NCBI GenBank assembly: GCA_943327275.2
Contig: CALPWM020000001.1
Coordinates: 1 to 39,853, forward strand
From: Chitinophaga pinensis
GTDB taxonomy: Bacteria > Bacteroidota > Bacteroidia > Chitinophagales > Chitinophagaceae
Length of the DNA: 39,853 nucleotides
Direction of reading: 5' to 3'
Each line of letters opens with the position of its first letter. Within the stretch, counting starts at the first letter, position 1. The translations under genes and the position numbers were made by a program. This document shows, one piece after another, positions 9,912 to 20,488 of this stretch. The notes beneath the pieces are model-generated. The model was given only the letters and a program-made list of their open reading frames with translations, had not been told where the DNA came from and searched no databases.

Positions 9912-10420
9912 GCTTTTTCTTTTCTTTTATAGACCGGAACCGTGCTACACGGCTCGCCGTACATGAGCGATTTGACCACGGGCAAGAGTTTGATGGATAT
10001 TGCTGCATAGGCATACTCGGGCACAGGTTTTTCTCCACAACCCTTTACCACAACCCGCTTTCCTTCAAATGCTGCCGCATTGACCTCTTTGATGTTTTCG
10101 ATAAATATTTGTTTAAAGGCCTCTTCTGGGGTTCCAGAGATGATCGATCTGGCGATTCCGGAAAGCTTTGATACAACCAGCATATAGGCCCACACGGGAA
10201 CAATGGCGTCGGTTGAACAATACACGGCCACATCTCTGTTCTCGTATTGGCTCCAATCATGATGATCAAGGGCCTCCCTAAAATCTTTCTCCTTGAGCAG
10301 CATTTCCATAAAAAGGAAATTTTTCAAATCGAAAGGCATTGGCTCCGCAGAAGGGTAATATTTTTCAAGTTCGATGGTGATCAACCCGCTTTCTGCCACC
10401 TTGTTCCTGATTTCTTCCAT
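9908..10420 (-). CDS. DUF2480 family protein (conserved Bacteroidota hypothetical)
   Basis: EEIRNKVAESGLITI, LKEKDFRE, CSTDAIVPVWAYML, KGCG, SLMYGEPCSTVP. Confidence 0.85.
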   Translation of the reverse strand: MEEIRNKVAESGLITIELEKYYPSAEPMPFDLKNFLFMEMLLKEKDFREALDHHDWSQYENRDVAVYCSTDAIVPVWAYMLVVSKLSGIARSIISGTPEEAFKQIFIENIKEVNAAAFEGKRVVVKGCGEKPVPEYAYAAISIKLLPVVKSLMYGEPCSTVPVYKRKEKA

Positions 10421-10443
10421 GATGCAAAGTTACCAAAAATGCA

Positions 10444-10467
10444 ACAGCCACCCTCGGGGGCGGCTGT
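10444..10467 (-). terminator. Probable intrinsic terminator of the PpiD-like gene
   Basis: Minus-strand RNA ACAGCCGCCC-CCGA-GGGUGGCUGU forms a 10-bp stem with one G-U pair, followed by UGCAUUUUU, about 30 nt after the stop codon. Confidence 0.6.
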
Positions 10468-10496
10468 GCGTTTGTTTTCTCATGAGCAGTATGTCA

Positions 10497-12620
10497 TCAG
10501 TATCCGGCGTCCCTTCTTTTATCAACGATTTTCATTGATTTTTTCAAAGACTCCATCGTGCTGTATCCTGCGAATTGCTTCATTTGTGACTCAAGTGCCT
10601 TTTTTTGACCAACAAAATCAATTGTTGATGAAGGAAGGGCGCCAACCTGGTTCACTTTAATATAGTATACACCATTTTGACCGTCAATCACGTCTGATGT
10701 ATTAGACAAGTTCTTTTTGTTAAACGCTGCACCAATTACTTTTGTTTCTGAACCAAGGTTGGGAACAAAAGGATCGGCAAACCTGACCGTGTCTGTTCTT
10801 CCGGTTGTTCCACCAAGCAAAGCAGCCAATTTATCCAGGTTTTTCTCAGATCCAGCCTTTTGGGCCACCATTTCTGCCTTTTTCTTGTTCCTAAGGGTTG
10901 GTTCTACCAATACCCTTGCAACCGATGCCGGCTGAACACCCTCTTTGATTTCATTGGTAACCATGGCTACCACATATTGGTCTTTGAGGTCGAATGGCTC
11001 AGAAACCGCTCCTGTTTTGTTTTCAAATATCCATTTTACGATAGCCCTTGAAGAAAGTGGGCCAGCGCTGTAATCAAGCTCTTTGATGTTGTCTGCTGTC
11101 AACTTGTTGATCTTCATTTTTGCAACGGTTTCGTCAAAAGACTTCTGGTCCCTGCTGCTTCCAACAAATTGTGTTGCGGAGGAAGAGGCTGAAGCGTCAG
11201 TTTCTTCACTGGCAACAATTGGCTTGGCCAGATAAGCAACCTTGTAGGCCTCTTCGAAATTTTTCTGGTTCAATACTTCAATGATATGGTAGCCGAACTC
11301 GGTTTTCACCACCTCCATGCTTCCTTTGGGTTTGTTGAAAATGAAGTCTGCAAATTCTTTTGCCAGGTTCATGTCAACAGAAGAGAAGTCATACTCACCG
11401 CCTTTGGCCTTGCTTCCTTGGTCATCGCTCAGGGCTGCTGCCAAAGCACCAAAGTTTCCGCCAGATTTGATTACGGCATAAATGCTGTCAATGCTCTTTT
11501 TGGCTGCGCTATCGCTACGCCTTTGCTGACCAGTTTGAGGATCAACAATTCCCACAAGGATGTGTCTGCACTTTACAGAGTCGGGCAATGATTTTGTTTG
11601 TATTTTTTTCGCGATCACATAGCTTCCTCCATCGAGGTAAGGACCCGCAACTGCACCAACCGGCAATGATATGATCGTATCCTTGGCGCCCATTTGGAGT
11701 TTTGACTTGAGAGCAAATCCATCAAAAAATGGAAGAGAAGTATTGTTTCTTGTAACAAAGCTTTTTGCATCTGGCGCTGTATAGAATGCGGCCTTCAGTT
11801 CATTGAGCTGGTTGTAAACCCTTGCGGAGTCCTGTGGTGTTGGGTTTGCGCTGAATGAAACATAGGCGATGCTTTTTACATGCTCCTGCTTAAATTCATC
11901 CTTGTGTTTTGACACATAATCACTGATTTCGCTGTCGCTCACTTTAATGGTGCTGTCTGAGATGGTGGTGTAAGGAATACCCACAAACGATATTGAAGCA
12001 AAAGAAGCGTTATCTGCTGCCATTTTCTCAAGCATCCACTTGGGAACATAAGAGCCCTGTGTAATCAGAGAAGTATATTTCTGAGAGAGCAGGTTGATGC
12101 CAATGGGCTTGATCAATTGCTCTTCTATATTCAAAGCATCTTCGGGTTTTGAGCTTTTTTTGACATTGGTTAACCAGTTTTTCGCAGCATTCACATCATA
12201 CGCTCCGGTGGTTCTGTCCGCAAACATTTGCTTAAACTCCTGTGGGGCATCATCAGAAAACAACACTGCACCCAATTCTTTGGGAGTAACTGCCAATCCG
12301 AGTTTAGCAGCTTCGCCGTTGATCATTTCTTCCTGCACATATGAGTTCCAAACATTTTCAACAATTGTTTGGGTCATCATTTCGTTGGTTTGCATGCCCT
12401 GAGAACGATAGTTTTGTTCGACCATGTTCACCTTCTTGCTGAAATCAACCAACTCAACGTCTTTTCCATTGATAGATCCTGCTGTTGTGGGTTGTCCATC
12501 AAACATGCTTCCACCCTTGCCAATAAATGCATCCTGAACCAAAAAGCCAATCAAGCTGATCGCGATCATTGTGGTAAGCAACACTGCTGCCTTGTCCCTA
12601 ATTTTCTGAATAATTGACAT
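10497..12620 (-). CDS. Membrane-anchored periplasmic peptidyl-prolyl isomerase/chaperone (PpiD/SurA-like)
   Basis: Start reassigned to MSIIQKIRDK (ATG at 12620); N-terminal TM, SurA_N-like region, parvulin motifs VKCRHILV, SDDQGSKAKGG, VKTEFGYHII. Confidence 0.9.
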   Translation of the reverse strand: MSIIQKIRDKAAVLLTTMIAISLIGFLVQDAFIGKGGSMFDGQPTTAGSINGKDVELVDFSKKVNMVEQNYRSQGMQTNEMMTQTIVENVWNSYVQEEMINGEAAKLGLAVTPKELGAVLFSDDAPQEFKQMFADRTTGAYDVNAAKNWLTNVKKSSKPEDALNIEEQLIKPIGINLLSQKYTSLITQGSYVPKWMLEKMAADNASFASISFVGIPYTTISDSTIKVSDSEISDYVSKHKDEFKQEHVKSIAYVSFSANPTPQDSARVYNQLNELKAAFYTAPDAKSFVTRNNTSLPFFDGFALKSKLQMGAKDTIISLPVGAVAGPYLDGGSYVIAKKIQTKSLPDSVKCRHILVGIVDPQTGQQRRSDSAAKKSIDSIYAVIKSGGNFGALAAALSDDQGSKAKGGEYDFSSVDMNLAKEFADFIFNKPKGSMEVVKTEFGYHIIEVLNQKNFEEAYKVAYLAKPIVASEETDASASSSATQFVGSSRDQKSFDETVAKMKINKLTADNIKELDYSAGPLSSRAIVKWIFENKTGAVSEPFDLKDQYVVAMVTNEIKEGVQPASVARVLVEPTLRNKKKAEMVAQKAGSEKNLDKLAALLGGTTGRTDTVRFADPFVPNLGSETKVIGAAFNKKNLSNTSDVIDGQNGVYYIKVNQVGALPSSTIDFVGQKKALESQMKQFAGYSTMESLKKSMKIVDKRRDAGY

Positions 12621-12666
12621 ACTATATATATTATTATAAGAGTTGGCAAAAATAGGGTAAAAATGG

Positions 12667-13130
12667 TTATTAACAAATTGTGGAAAACGCGCCGGGCCTA
12701 AGAAAATTATATGGCTTGTTGGCTGTTCAGGGAAATTTTTTGGTTTTCCACACCACCCTGTTGATATCCTGTTTTTTATGTGGATTACTGGCCTTTTTAT
12801 GAATTGAATTTGGGGATTGTTTTGAATAAGTTTGGGGATTAAATTCAATTTGAGGCTTTTAGGTTTTTTTACAACAATTTACCCTTGCTTTATCCACAGG
12901 ATTTTTTGTTATTTCTCATTGTTGAAAAATTTAATTTGATTTTTTTTGGATTGTTAATAGCATTGATTTGAATCAGTCTTGGTAGCCATATTGATCATGT
13001 GTATAAATGTGGATTGGTGTTAATTCATGTGTTTATAGATAGAATAAAAATTAATAAATAATAGTTTTAAACATTTCCACAGCCTTAATAGTAATAGTGT
13101 CTTTTATAAATAATAGATAATTATAAATAC
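12667..13130. other. Putative chromosomal replication origin (oriC): DnaA-box cluster, DnaA-trio-like repeats and AT-rich unwinding element
   Basis: Perfect TTATCCACA at 12890-12898; TTWTNCACA matches at 12679-12687(-), 12744-12752(+), 12998-13006(-); near-matches at 12667, 12779, 13008. Ends in TTTTAAACA-TTTCCACA-GCC-TTAATAGTAATAGTG-TCTTTTATAAATAATAGATAATTATAAATA (13065-13129). Non-coding 576-bp gap; dnaN, mnmG and parS sites are nearby. Confidence 0.78.
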
Positions 13131-13196
13131 TACAAAGGATATTAACATTAAAAAAGACCTGATGAATTCAATAGAATATTCTGTAATTTTCAACCG

Positions 13197-13808
13197 ATGA
13201 AAAAAATAAAGAATATCATTTTTGATCTGGGTGGAGTGTTGATTGATTGGAATCCAGAATACATGTATAAAAAGATTATCGCAGATGATAACGAAAGAAA
13301 AGATTTTTTAGAAAATATCTGTACCATGTCGTGGAATGAAGAACAGGATGGAGGAAGAAGTATTCAAGAAGCCAATGATTTACTCATTTCATTATACCCC
13401 GATAAGAGCGATTATATACTCGCTTTTTATCAGCGGTGGGAAGAAATGCTCAACGGCCCTATTGAGGGCACTGTTGAGGTTCTAAGGCAGCTTAAATCAA
13501 ATAATAAACACAATATCTATGCGCTAACCAATTGGAGTGCTGAAACCTTCCCTCGTGCTTTAGAATTATTTGATTTTTTACATTGGTTTGATGGTCGCAT
13601 TGTTTCTGGAGAAGAAAATACAAGAAAACCATTTCGGGAAATCTATGAGTTAACCCTTAGCCGATTTAGTCTTGACGTTTCTGAAACTATATTTATTGAT
13701 GATAACATCAGAAATATAAAAGCTGCTGAAGAATGTGGTATCCAAAGTATCCATTTTCAATCTCCAGATCTGCTTATCAATGAATTAAAAAAACTTGAAG
13801 TTATTTAA
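13197..13808 (+). CDS. HAD-superfamily hydrolase/phosphatase
   Basis: Motif I IIFDLGGVLID, motif II LTN, motif III KP, motif IV FIDD...NI. Confidence 0.92.
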   Translation: MKKIKNIIFDLGGVLIDWNPEYMYKKIIADDNERKDFLENICTMSWNEEQDGGRSIQEANDLLISLYPDKSDYILAFYQRWEEMLNGPIEGTVEVLRQLKSNNKHNIYALTNWSAETFPRALELFDFLHWFDGRIVSGEENTRKPFREIYELTLSRFSLDVSETIFIDDNIRNIKAAEECGIQSIHFQSPDLLINELKKLEVI

Positions 13809-15926
13809 TCAACTCAGGAGCTGATATGCAATAAAACTCAATAAATAAGCCAATCCTGTCATATAAATCAATTGTATGACAGGCCATTTCCACGAACCTG
13901 TTTCTCTCTTTACAACAGCCAGTGTGCTCATGCATTGCATTGCCAAAAGATAAAATATCATTAATGAATAACCAGTAGCTGTTGTGTAAACCAATGTTCC
14001 ATCTGACCTTTTTGCAGCATGCATTTTATTCCTTAAAGTTTCACTGTTTTCATCAGCATCATCACCAACACTGTACAATGTTGCCATTGTTCCAACAAAT
14101 ACTTCTCTCGCAGCAAAAGATGTAATCAAAGCGATGCCTATTTTCCAGTCATAACCCAGTGGTTTAATCAAAGGTTCAATACTCCGACCCATGATTCCTG
14201 CATATGAATTTTCAAGCAATGCAGAAGATTTTTCTGCTTGATATCTGCTTTCATTTATCGGATCATTCTTGATCAATAGTGCATAATTTTCTTCAATTTT
14301 ATTTCTTTTACCTGAAGGCCCAAATGAACTAAAAGCCCATAAAACCAAAGAAATAATCATGATTACTTTACCTGCATCAAAAACAAAAACTTTGGCTTTT
14401 TCAACCATGGTAAAAACAATATTTTTCCATCTCGGTTGTCTGTAAACAGGTAGTTCAAGAATAAAAAAGCTTTTTTCTTTGATCTTAATAAAGAGGTTCA
14501 TTACATAAGATACCAATAAAGCAATTGCTATTCCTAATACATATAAACCCATCAATACCAACCCTTGTAAACTAATCACCCCTAAGATATGCTTATTGGG
14601 TACAACCAAAGATGCCAAAATAGTGAAAACGGGTAACCTTGCACTACAACTCATAAATGGTGTTACCATGATGGTAAGCAATCTTTCCTTTTTATTTTCA
14701 ATATTTCGGGCACTCATGATGGCTGGTACCGCACAAGCAAAACCACCAATCATTGGCATTACACTTTTACCATTCAAACCCACTCTTCTCATGATCCTGT
14801 CAGAAAGAAAACTAATCCTGGCCATGTATCCTGTGTCTTCAAGCAGGGTAATCAATCCGAATAATATCATGATTTGTGGCACAAAGACAAGTATTCCTCC
14901 TAATCCTGCCAGTATTCCATTGACTACTATATCTGATATCCATCCCTCGGGTAAAACAGCACCCAACCATCCGCCCAACATACCAACTCCTGATTCTATC
15001 AAGTTCATTGGATATTCAGCTACCCAAAAAACAGATTGGAATAAGATAAATAGCACAACACCCATGATGAGATAACCCCAGGTCCTGTGTAAAAAGAAAT
15101 GATCAAGCCTCTCAGAGAACATCTTCCTTTTTTCTATACTCTCCTCCTCAACGGATTTGAGCATAACCTGTCTGATTTTTTTATACCTGAGTTGAATGTC
15201 TTCAGCCTGAATTTTGGTATGATTGAATTTATATTTTGATTCTATTTCTTCAATCTTTTCTTGTATATCAGCACTTAATTCAAAAGATTCATGGTTGATC
15301 AAGTGATGAATGGCTCCATAGTTTCCGAGATTAGGCATCACTTCACGGATTTCTCCAATTGCTTCTTTTGCCAAATCCTCAATAGGAAAAAAATCCTGTC
15401 CCGTTACTTCTATGTTTGACATTTGAGCAACTGTTGACTTCAATTGTTCAATTCCTTTTCCTGTTCTTGCATTAACCACCACAACAGGCACCTGCATTTC
15501 TCTTGATAAACAATCAACATCAATTTTAATACCTCTTTTTTTGGCCAGGTCGACCATTGTCAAAGCAACAACTACAGGTATTTTAAGGTCAATCACCTGT
15601 GATACATACAACAGGTTTCTTCTGAGGTTACTGGCATCCACCACAACAATGGCCAAATCAATTGATTCCCCCTTTTCTGGCGTCATCAACTGTTTATAAG
15701 AAACCCATTCATCGCTTCTTCTTGGATATAAACTATAGGTTCCTGGCAAGTCAAGCACAATACACTCCTGCTTATTGGGTAGCGTAAAACCACCTTCTTT
15801 TTTTTCAACCGTAACACCAGGAAAATTGCCCACTTTTTGTCTCAATCCTGTCAAAAGGTTGAATAGAGAGCTTTTTCCACTGTTTGGATTACCAATAAGG
15901 GCGATATTGGGCTTATTACCGATCAT
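13809..15926 (-). CDS. feoB: Ferrous iron transport protein B
   Basis: G-domain GNPNSGKS, VGNFPGVTVE, DLPGTYSL; membrane domain LEDTGYMAR, GFACAVPAIM, PFMSCSARLP, AAREVFV. Confidence 0.97.
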   Translation of the reverse strand: MIGNKPNIALIGNPNSGKSSLFNLLTGLRQKVGNFPGVTVEKKEGGFTLPNKQECIVLDLPGTYSLYPRRSDEWVSYKQLMTPEKGESIDLAIVVVDASNLRRNLLYVSQVIDLKIPVVVALTMVDLAKKRGIKIDVDCLSREMQVPVVVVNARTGKGIEQLKSTVAQMSNIEVTGQDFFPIEDLAKEAIGEIREVMPNLGNYGAIHHLINHESFELSADIQEKIEEIESKYKFNHTKIQAEDIQLRYKKIRQVMLKSVEEESIEKRKMFSERLDHFFLHRTWGYLIMGVVLFILFQSVFWVAEYPMNLIESGVGMLGGWLGAVLPEGWISDIVVNGILAGLGGILVFVPQIMILFGLITLLEDTGYMARISFLSDRIMRRVGLNGKSVMPMIGGFACAVPAIMSARNIENKKERLLTIMVTPFMSCSARLPVFTILASLVVPNKHILGVISLQGLVLMGLYVLGIAIALLVSYVMNLFIKIKEKSFFILELPVYRQPRWKNIVFTMVEKAKVFVFDAGKVIMIISLVLWAFSSFGPSGKRNKIEENYALLIKNDPINESRYQAEKSSALLENSYAGIMGRSIEPLIKPLGYDWKIGIALITSFAAREVFVGTMATLYSVGDDADENSETLRNKMHAAKRSDGTLVYTTATGYSLMIFYLLAMQCMSTLAVVKRETGSWKWPVIQLIYMTGLAYLLSFIAYQLLS

Positions 15927-16051
15927 GTATTATATGTAAAGGTACATTCTATTGTACCCCTACCCTTACGAAAACAGTAAAAAGCCCATCTTTATCGAGA
16001 TATTGGTATTCATCGGATCAACTACACTAAATTTGTATTAAAATAAGCCAC

Positions 16052-17692
16052 ATGTTCAGGATTTTAATCCCTCTGCTCTTTTTGTGTCATTTTGCTACAG
16101 CCCAAAAATTAAAAAAAGCTGATAAAGAGATAGTACAATATCTCCAGCAGCAAGTTGGTTATCTTTCCTCAGAAGAACTCAAAGGAAGAAGAGCTGGAGA
16201 CCCTGGTGAAATTTTAGCCTCTGATTTCATTGCAGCAAAATTCAAAGAGATTGGCTTAACGCCAAAAGGAGACAATGAAAGTTATTTTCAGCATTTTACC
16301 ATTAATGATGGTAAAGAAATTTCTAAAGACAATGATTTAAGGTTAAATGGTAAAGTACTCAAAGCGGGTGTAGATTTCTTTCCGCTTTCTAATTCACCCG
16401 CAGCCAATATTAATGCAGAATCTTCGCCCTCATTGAATGAAAAAGGCCAACCATGGATGGTTGATCTTGCAGAAGCCCTACAGGAGAATAAAGACAACCC
16501 GCATTTTGATGTTGCTAATTTGTTGACAGATAAAATGATCAAAGCCAAAGAAAAAGGGGCTTCTGCTGTCATTTTTTTCAACTCCTCTTCTTTGGACGAT
16601 AAAATCAAATTTGATCCTAAAGATAGGTCAGAGCCTGCACCACTGCCTGCTGCATATATCAACAACAACGCACAAAAGCAACACCTTGCTGATATTTCTT
16701 CCTCTTATCAGATTTCTGCTAAACTTTCGATCACCCCAAAAATTAGGAAAGCAAGAAATGTGATTGGTTATTTAGACAACAATGCAGCGTATACCATCGT
16801 CATCGGTGCCCACTTTGATCATCTCGGTTATGGTGAAGATGGAAACTCAATGATCAGAACTGGAGACCTTGGAATTCATAATGGTGCTGATGATAACGCT
16901 AGCGGAACATCTTCGATGATCGAACTTGCGTTCCTTTTAAAGTCCAGTAAAGCCAAAAAGTACAACTTTCTTTTCATTGCATTTTCTGCAGAAGAACTGG
17001 GTCTTTATGGTTCTAAGCATTTTGTAGAAAACCCAACGGTTCCATTGAACAGCATCAATTACATGATCAATATGGATATGGTTGGCAGAATGAACGACAG
17101 CACTAAGGCAATTACGGTAGGTGGTTATGGAACATCGCCATCCTGGAAATCCAAGATAGATGCAGTTAAGAAAAAAGAATTTTTAATTCGGGTTGATTCC
17201 AGTGGAACCGGACCTAGCGATCATACCTCTTTTTATAGAAAAGACATCCCAGTTCTCTTCTTCTTCACCGGACTTCATTCTGATTATCATAAACCCAGTG
17301 ATGATGCAGACAAAATCAATTATGTTGGGATGTTAAAGATTATTCGTTTTATCCAGCAAATGATAGAAGGGGATAAAGAGAACGAAAAGCTTGTTTTTAC
17401 AAAAACAAGAGAACAACAAACAACAACATCAGCGAGATTCAGCGTAAGCATGGGTATCATGCCAGATTACTCTTTTACCGGTTCTGGTGTAAGGGTAGAC
17501 GGTGTTTCAGATAATCGCCCAGCGAAAAAAGCGGGTATTTTAGCTGGCGATATTGTTAAACAATTGGGTGAACACAAAACTTCATCGGTTGAGTCTTATA
17601 TGCAAGCACTTTCTAAGTTTAAGAAAGGAGATACTACTACAACCATTGTTCTGAGGGGAGACAAAGAGCTCAATTTTGAAATTGTTTTCTAA
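16052..17692 (+). CDS. Secreted M28 family metallopeptidase with PA-like insert and C-terminal PDZ domain
   Basis: Signal peptide; GAHFDHLG, NGADDNASG, FSAEELGL, NMDMVG, SDH, DYHKPSDD; PDZ GIMPD...PAKKAGILAGDI. TAAATTTG -7 element at 16028-16035. Confidence 0.92.
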   Translation: MFRILIPLLFLCHFATAQKLKKADKEIVQYLQQQVGYLSSEELKGRRAGDPGEILASDFIAAKFKEIGLTPKGDNESYFQHFTINDGKEISKDNDLRLNGKVLKAGVDFFPLSNSPAANINAESSPSLNEKGQPWMVDLAEALQENKDNPHFDVANLLTDKMIKAKEKGASAVIFFNSSSLDDKIKFDPKDRSEPAPLPAAYINNNAQKQHLADISSSYQISAKLSITPKIRKARNVIGYLDNNAAYTIVIGAHFDHLGYGEDGNSMIRTGDLGIHNGADDNASGTSSMIELAFLLKSSKAKKYNFLFIAFSAEELGLYGSKHFVENPTVPLNSINYMINMDMVGRMNDSTKAITVGGYGTSPSWKSKIDAVKKKEFLIRVDSSGTGPSDHTSFYRKDIPVLFFFTGLHSDYHKPSDDADKINYVGMLKIIRFIQQMIEGDKENEKLVFTKTREQQTTTSARFSVSMGIMPDYSFTGSGVRVDGVSDNRPAKKAGILAGDIVKQLGEHKTSSVESYMQALSKFKKGDTTTTIVLRGDKELNFEIVF

Positions 17693-18126
17693 TGAAGCTT
17701 AGGCTTGATGACGATAGAATGTCCGATCATTTTTTCGAGGACACGAGAATACTGGGTATTGTTTGTACGCTGAAGAATTATCATTTTTGTTGGCATATAG
17801 AAAAAGCACTGCAAATTGATTTTCAAACTGCACCTGACCTGCAGATTGGAATGGAAAAAAACAGAAGGTCATATTCATTTACGGTTTATGAGTTTTTGCA
17901 TCCCGTTTCCGCAAAAGAACATTTTTTATACAGCAACAAACACGATGGGGAATTTCTTTTACCTGAGCTCCAACACTTAGATTTCATATGGTTGGTCAGG
18001 GATTCTTTTCAGGATGAATTATATTTTCAACAGTTGCAGCAACAACTGCGTTCTATTCCCGGCGTGCAACTTGTAACAGAAGTTGCGCACGATAAAATCA
18101 AGTCAAGAGATAACTTACAACGATAA
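17692..18126 (+). CDS. IPExxxVDY family protein (Bacteroidota-specific, function unknown)
   Basis: LYSNK...FLLPELQHLDFIW resembles the family motif; TAATG coupling to the upstream stop codon. Confidence 0.75.
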   Translation: MKLRLDDDRMSDHFFEDTRILGIVCTLKNYHFCWHIEKALQIDFQTAPDLQIGMEKNRRSYSFTVYEFLHPVSAKEHFLYSNKHDGEFLLPELQHLDFIWLVRDSFQDELYFQQLQQQLRSIPGVQLVTEVAHDKIKSRDNLQR

Positions 18127-18129
18127 TTT

Positions 18130-18360
18130 ATGTGGCAAGAAAAAGACAATCAGCTGTATAGAAAATTTGTATTCAATAACTTTATTGATGCATTTGCTTT
18201 CATGACCAAAGTAGCTATTCTGGCTGAAAAAGCCAACCATCATCCAACGTGGACAAATACATGGAATACGGTTGAGGTTTGGCTTTCAACTCATGATGCA
18301 GGAAATATTGTTACCGAGAAAGATCTTAAACTCTCCAAAGCAATCGACGACTTGAATTGA
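18130..18360 (+). CDS. phhB: Pterin-4-alpha-carbinolamine dehydratase
   Basis: FAFMTKVAILAEKANHHP, LSTHDAG, VTEKD. Confidence 0.92.
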   Translation: MWQEKDNQLYRKFVFNNFIDAFAFMTKVAILAEKANHHPTWTNTWNTVEVWLSTHDAGNIVTEKDLKLSKAIDDLN

Positions 18361-18368
18361 ATTTGTTT

Positions 18369-19424
18369 TTATTGATACACAGATACTGCAAAGTTATCAG
18401 ACTCGATTATTTCTCCTATGTGCATTGTTCTATCTGATAAACCATTTTGTTCTAGTGCTTCAATAACATCTTTAACAGCATCTTTGGATACAGATATTAA
18501 CAAACCTCCGCTGGTCTGAGGGTCTGCCAAAATGTTTTTTTGTAATATTTGGTTTTGACCATCATGAAAATGGACCTTGTGTCCATAACTATCCCAATTT
18601 CTGTTTGTTCCTCCGGGCACCGATCCCATTTCAACATATTCAATCAACCGATCAGAAATCAAAGGAACAGACCTGAAGTTTATTTTAGCCGAATATCCGC
18701 TTCCTTCAGCCATTTCAATGAGGTGCCCCAATAGCCCAAAACCAGTTACATCTGTCATTGCATGAACCCCCTTTATTTTACCCATGATAGAACCAATTTT
18801 ATTCAATTCCATCATTTGGTCAGCTGCTAATTTCTCATCTCCATCTTTAAGCAGATTCTTTTTTTCTGCAGTTGTCAAAATTCCAACGCCTATTTTTTTG
18901 GTCAAAAACAAAATATCGCCTTTTTGGGCTGTATTGTTCTGTTTCAAATGTGTAATGTTGACCAACCCATTAACCGCCAGACCAAAAATAGGTTCTGGTG
19001 AATCAATGCTGTGTCCTCCAGCCAAAGGAATCCCCGCTTCCAAGCAAATACTTTTGCTACCCTCTATAACCTTCCTGGCCACAAGTGGTGACAATAGGTT
19101 GATGGGCCACCCCAAGATGGCTATTGCCATGATTGGATCACCCCCCATGGCATATACATCACTGATGGCGTTGGCAGATGCAATCCTTCCAAAATTATAT
19201 GGATCATCAACAATTGGCATGAAAAAATCTGTTGTAGATATCAGTGCCGTGCCATTTTTTAAATCATATACTGCAGCATCGTCTTTGCTGTGGTTGCCAA
19301 CAATCAAACGATCATTGTCTGGCATGCTAAAACTTGAATGCAATATCTCATCTAATATTTTCGGGGATATTTTACACCCACAACCAGCTCCATGCGAGTA
19401 TTGCGTCAGTTTAATTTCTTCCAT
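18369..19424 (-). CDS. selD: Selenide, water dikinase (selenophosphate synthetase), Cys form
   Basis: [72 protein letters not shown]. Confidence 0.97.
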   Translation of the reverse strand: MEEIKLTQYSHGAGCGCKISPKILDEILHSSFSMPDNDRLIVGNHSKDDAAVYDLKNGTALISTTDFFMPIVDDPYNFGRIASANAISDVYAMGGDPIMAIAILGWPINLLSPLVARKVIEGSKSICLEAGIPLAGGHSIDSPEPIFGLAVNGLVNITHLKQNNTAQKGDILFLTKKIGVGILTTAEKKNLLKDGDEKLAADQMMELNKIGSIMGKIKGVHAMTDVTGFGLLGHLIEMAEGSGYSAKINFRSVPLISDRLIEYVEMGSVPGGTNRNWDSYGHKVHFHDGQNQILQKNILADPQTSGGLLISVSKDAVKDVIEALEQNGLSDRTMHIGEIIESDNFAVSVYQ

Positions 19425-20472
19425 TGTTGATTTTTATTATTTCTCTTGCATTTTCTATGTCTTTTACAGAATCTGCTGATACCGTTATAATATTTGGCTT
19501 TGGCTCTTTCCTGTTTTCAAGTCCTTTTCTGTACTGCTTATCATAGTATTTTAGCAAGACTTCAAAACAGCCATGAATATTTTTTTCTTCAAGTGCCGCA
19601 ATGGCAGTTTTGGTCTCTAGGCCCCCAAGTCTTTTTTTTATCCTAAGTATAGCATCTCTCAGCGCCACCCAATCAAGTGTACCATATGTTTCTACTAAAT
19701 ATTTTAATCTTGAAGAAAACGGAATATCCAAGAAAACAATTTCGCATGTTCTCATGTGCACCCACATACTTTGTGGGATGTTTACTGTACCAATACGCTG
19801 GCTTTCATCTTCTAGCCATATTTTTTGATTCGGATATTTTTCTTGTTCTGTTCTAATTGCTATGGCCAGTTTGTTTTCAAACATTTCTTGGCTGGGTTGT
19901 TTGGGTAATCCAATATTGCCAAACGCGGAGCCCTTATGGCCTGCCAGGCCTTCAAGATCAACAACAGCTTCGTTGCTGTTTTTAAGCGACTGTAACACAA
20001 TTGTTTTTCCCGAACCCGTATTTCCCCCCAATATTTGGAAAGGATGATTTTTGCTCAATTCGTTGATTACCCAGTTCCTGAATGATTTATATCCGCCAAT
20101 TAGTGTATATACTTTGAAGCCATATAAATCAAGCAACCAGGCAACAGCAGCACTCCTCATTCCCCCCCTCCAACAATGAACCAAGACTGTTTTATCATCA
20201 GGATCTTTCTCCTTGATCAGACCCTCTGCCGTTAAAAGCATTTCTTTCATCTTGGGACCAAAAAAATCAAGCCCCTTTTTTATAGCCTCTTCCCTTGATT
20301 GTTGTTTATAGATGGTTCCAACAATAGCGCGCTCCTCATCGTTGAAAAGAGGAATAGACGAGGCTCCTGTAATATGTGCATGTGCATATTCTGCATTGCT
20401 TCTTACGTCAATGACAGTATGCTTTTGAGATAGTTGAACAAACTGTTCAACAGGGATTTTTTCTATTCCCAT
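19411..20472 (-). CDS. mnmH: tRNA 2-selenouridine(34) synthase (SelU/MnmH)
   Basis: Rhodanese domain IDVRS...HCWRGGMRS; P-loop GNTGSGKT; [26 protein letters not shown]; overlaps selD by 14 bp. Confidence 0.95.
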   Translation of the reverse strand: MGIEKIPVEQFVQLSQKHTVIDVRSNAEYAHAHITGASSIPLFNDEERAIVGTIYKQQSREEAIKKGLDFFGPKMKEMLLTAEGLIKEKDPDDKTVLVHCWRGGMRSAAVAWLLDLYGFKVYTLIGGYKSFRNWVINELSKNHPFQILGGNTGSGKTIVLQSLKNSNEAVVDLEGLAGHKGSAFGNIGLPKQPSQEMFENKLAIAIRTEQEKYPNQKIWLEDESQRIGTVNIPQSMWVHMRTCEIVFLDIPFSSRLKYLVETYGTLDWVALRDAILRIKKRLGGLETKTAIAALEEKNIHGCFEVLLKYYDKQYRKGLENRKEPKPNIITVSADSVKDIENAREIIKINNGRN

Positions 20473-20488
20473 ACGCTGTTTAAGAAAA

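Noticed and set aside
12621-12848. 76-aa N-terminal extension of the PpiD-like ORF given in the ORF track
   Set aside because: It runs through the DnaA-box cluster; a TATTTTTG -7 element and the family-typical start MSIIQKIR support ATG at 12620.
19370-19400. Possible selenocysteine in SelD or other UGA read-through
   Set aside because: The active-site motif is encoded as Cys (GCGCK) in an uninterrupted ORF; I saw no gene in the window that looks truncated at an in-frame UGA.
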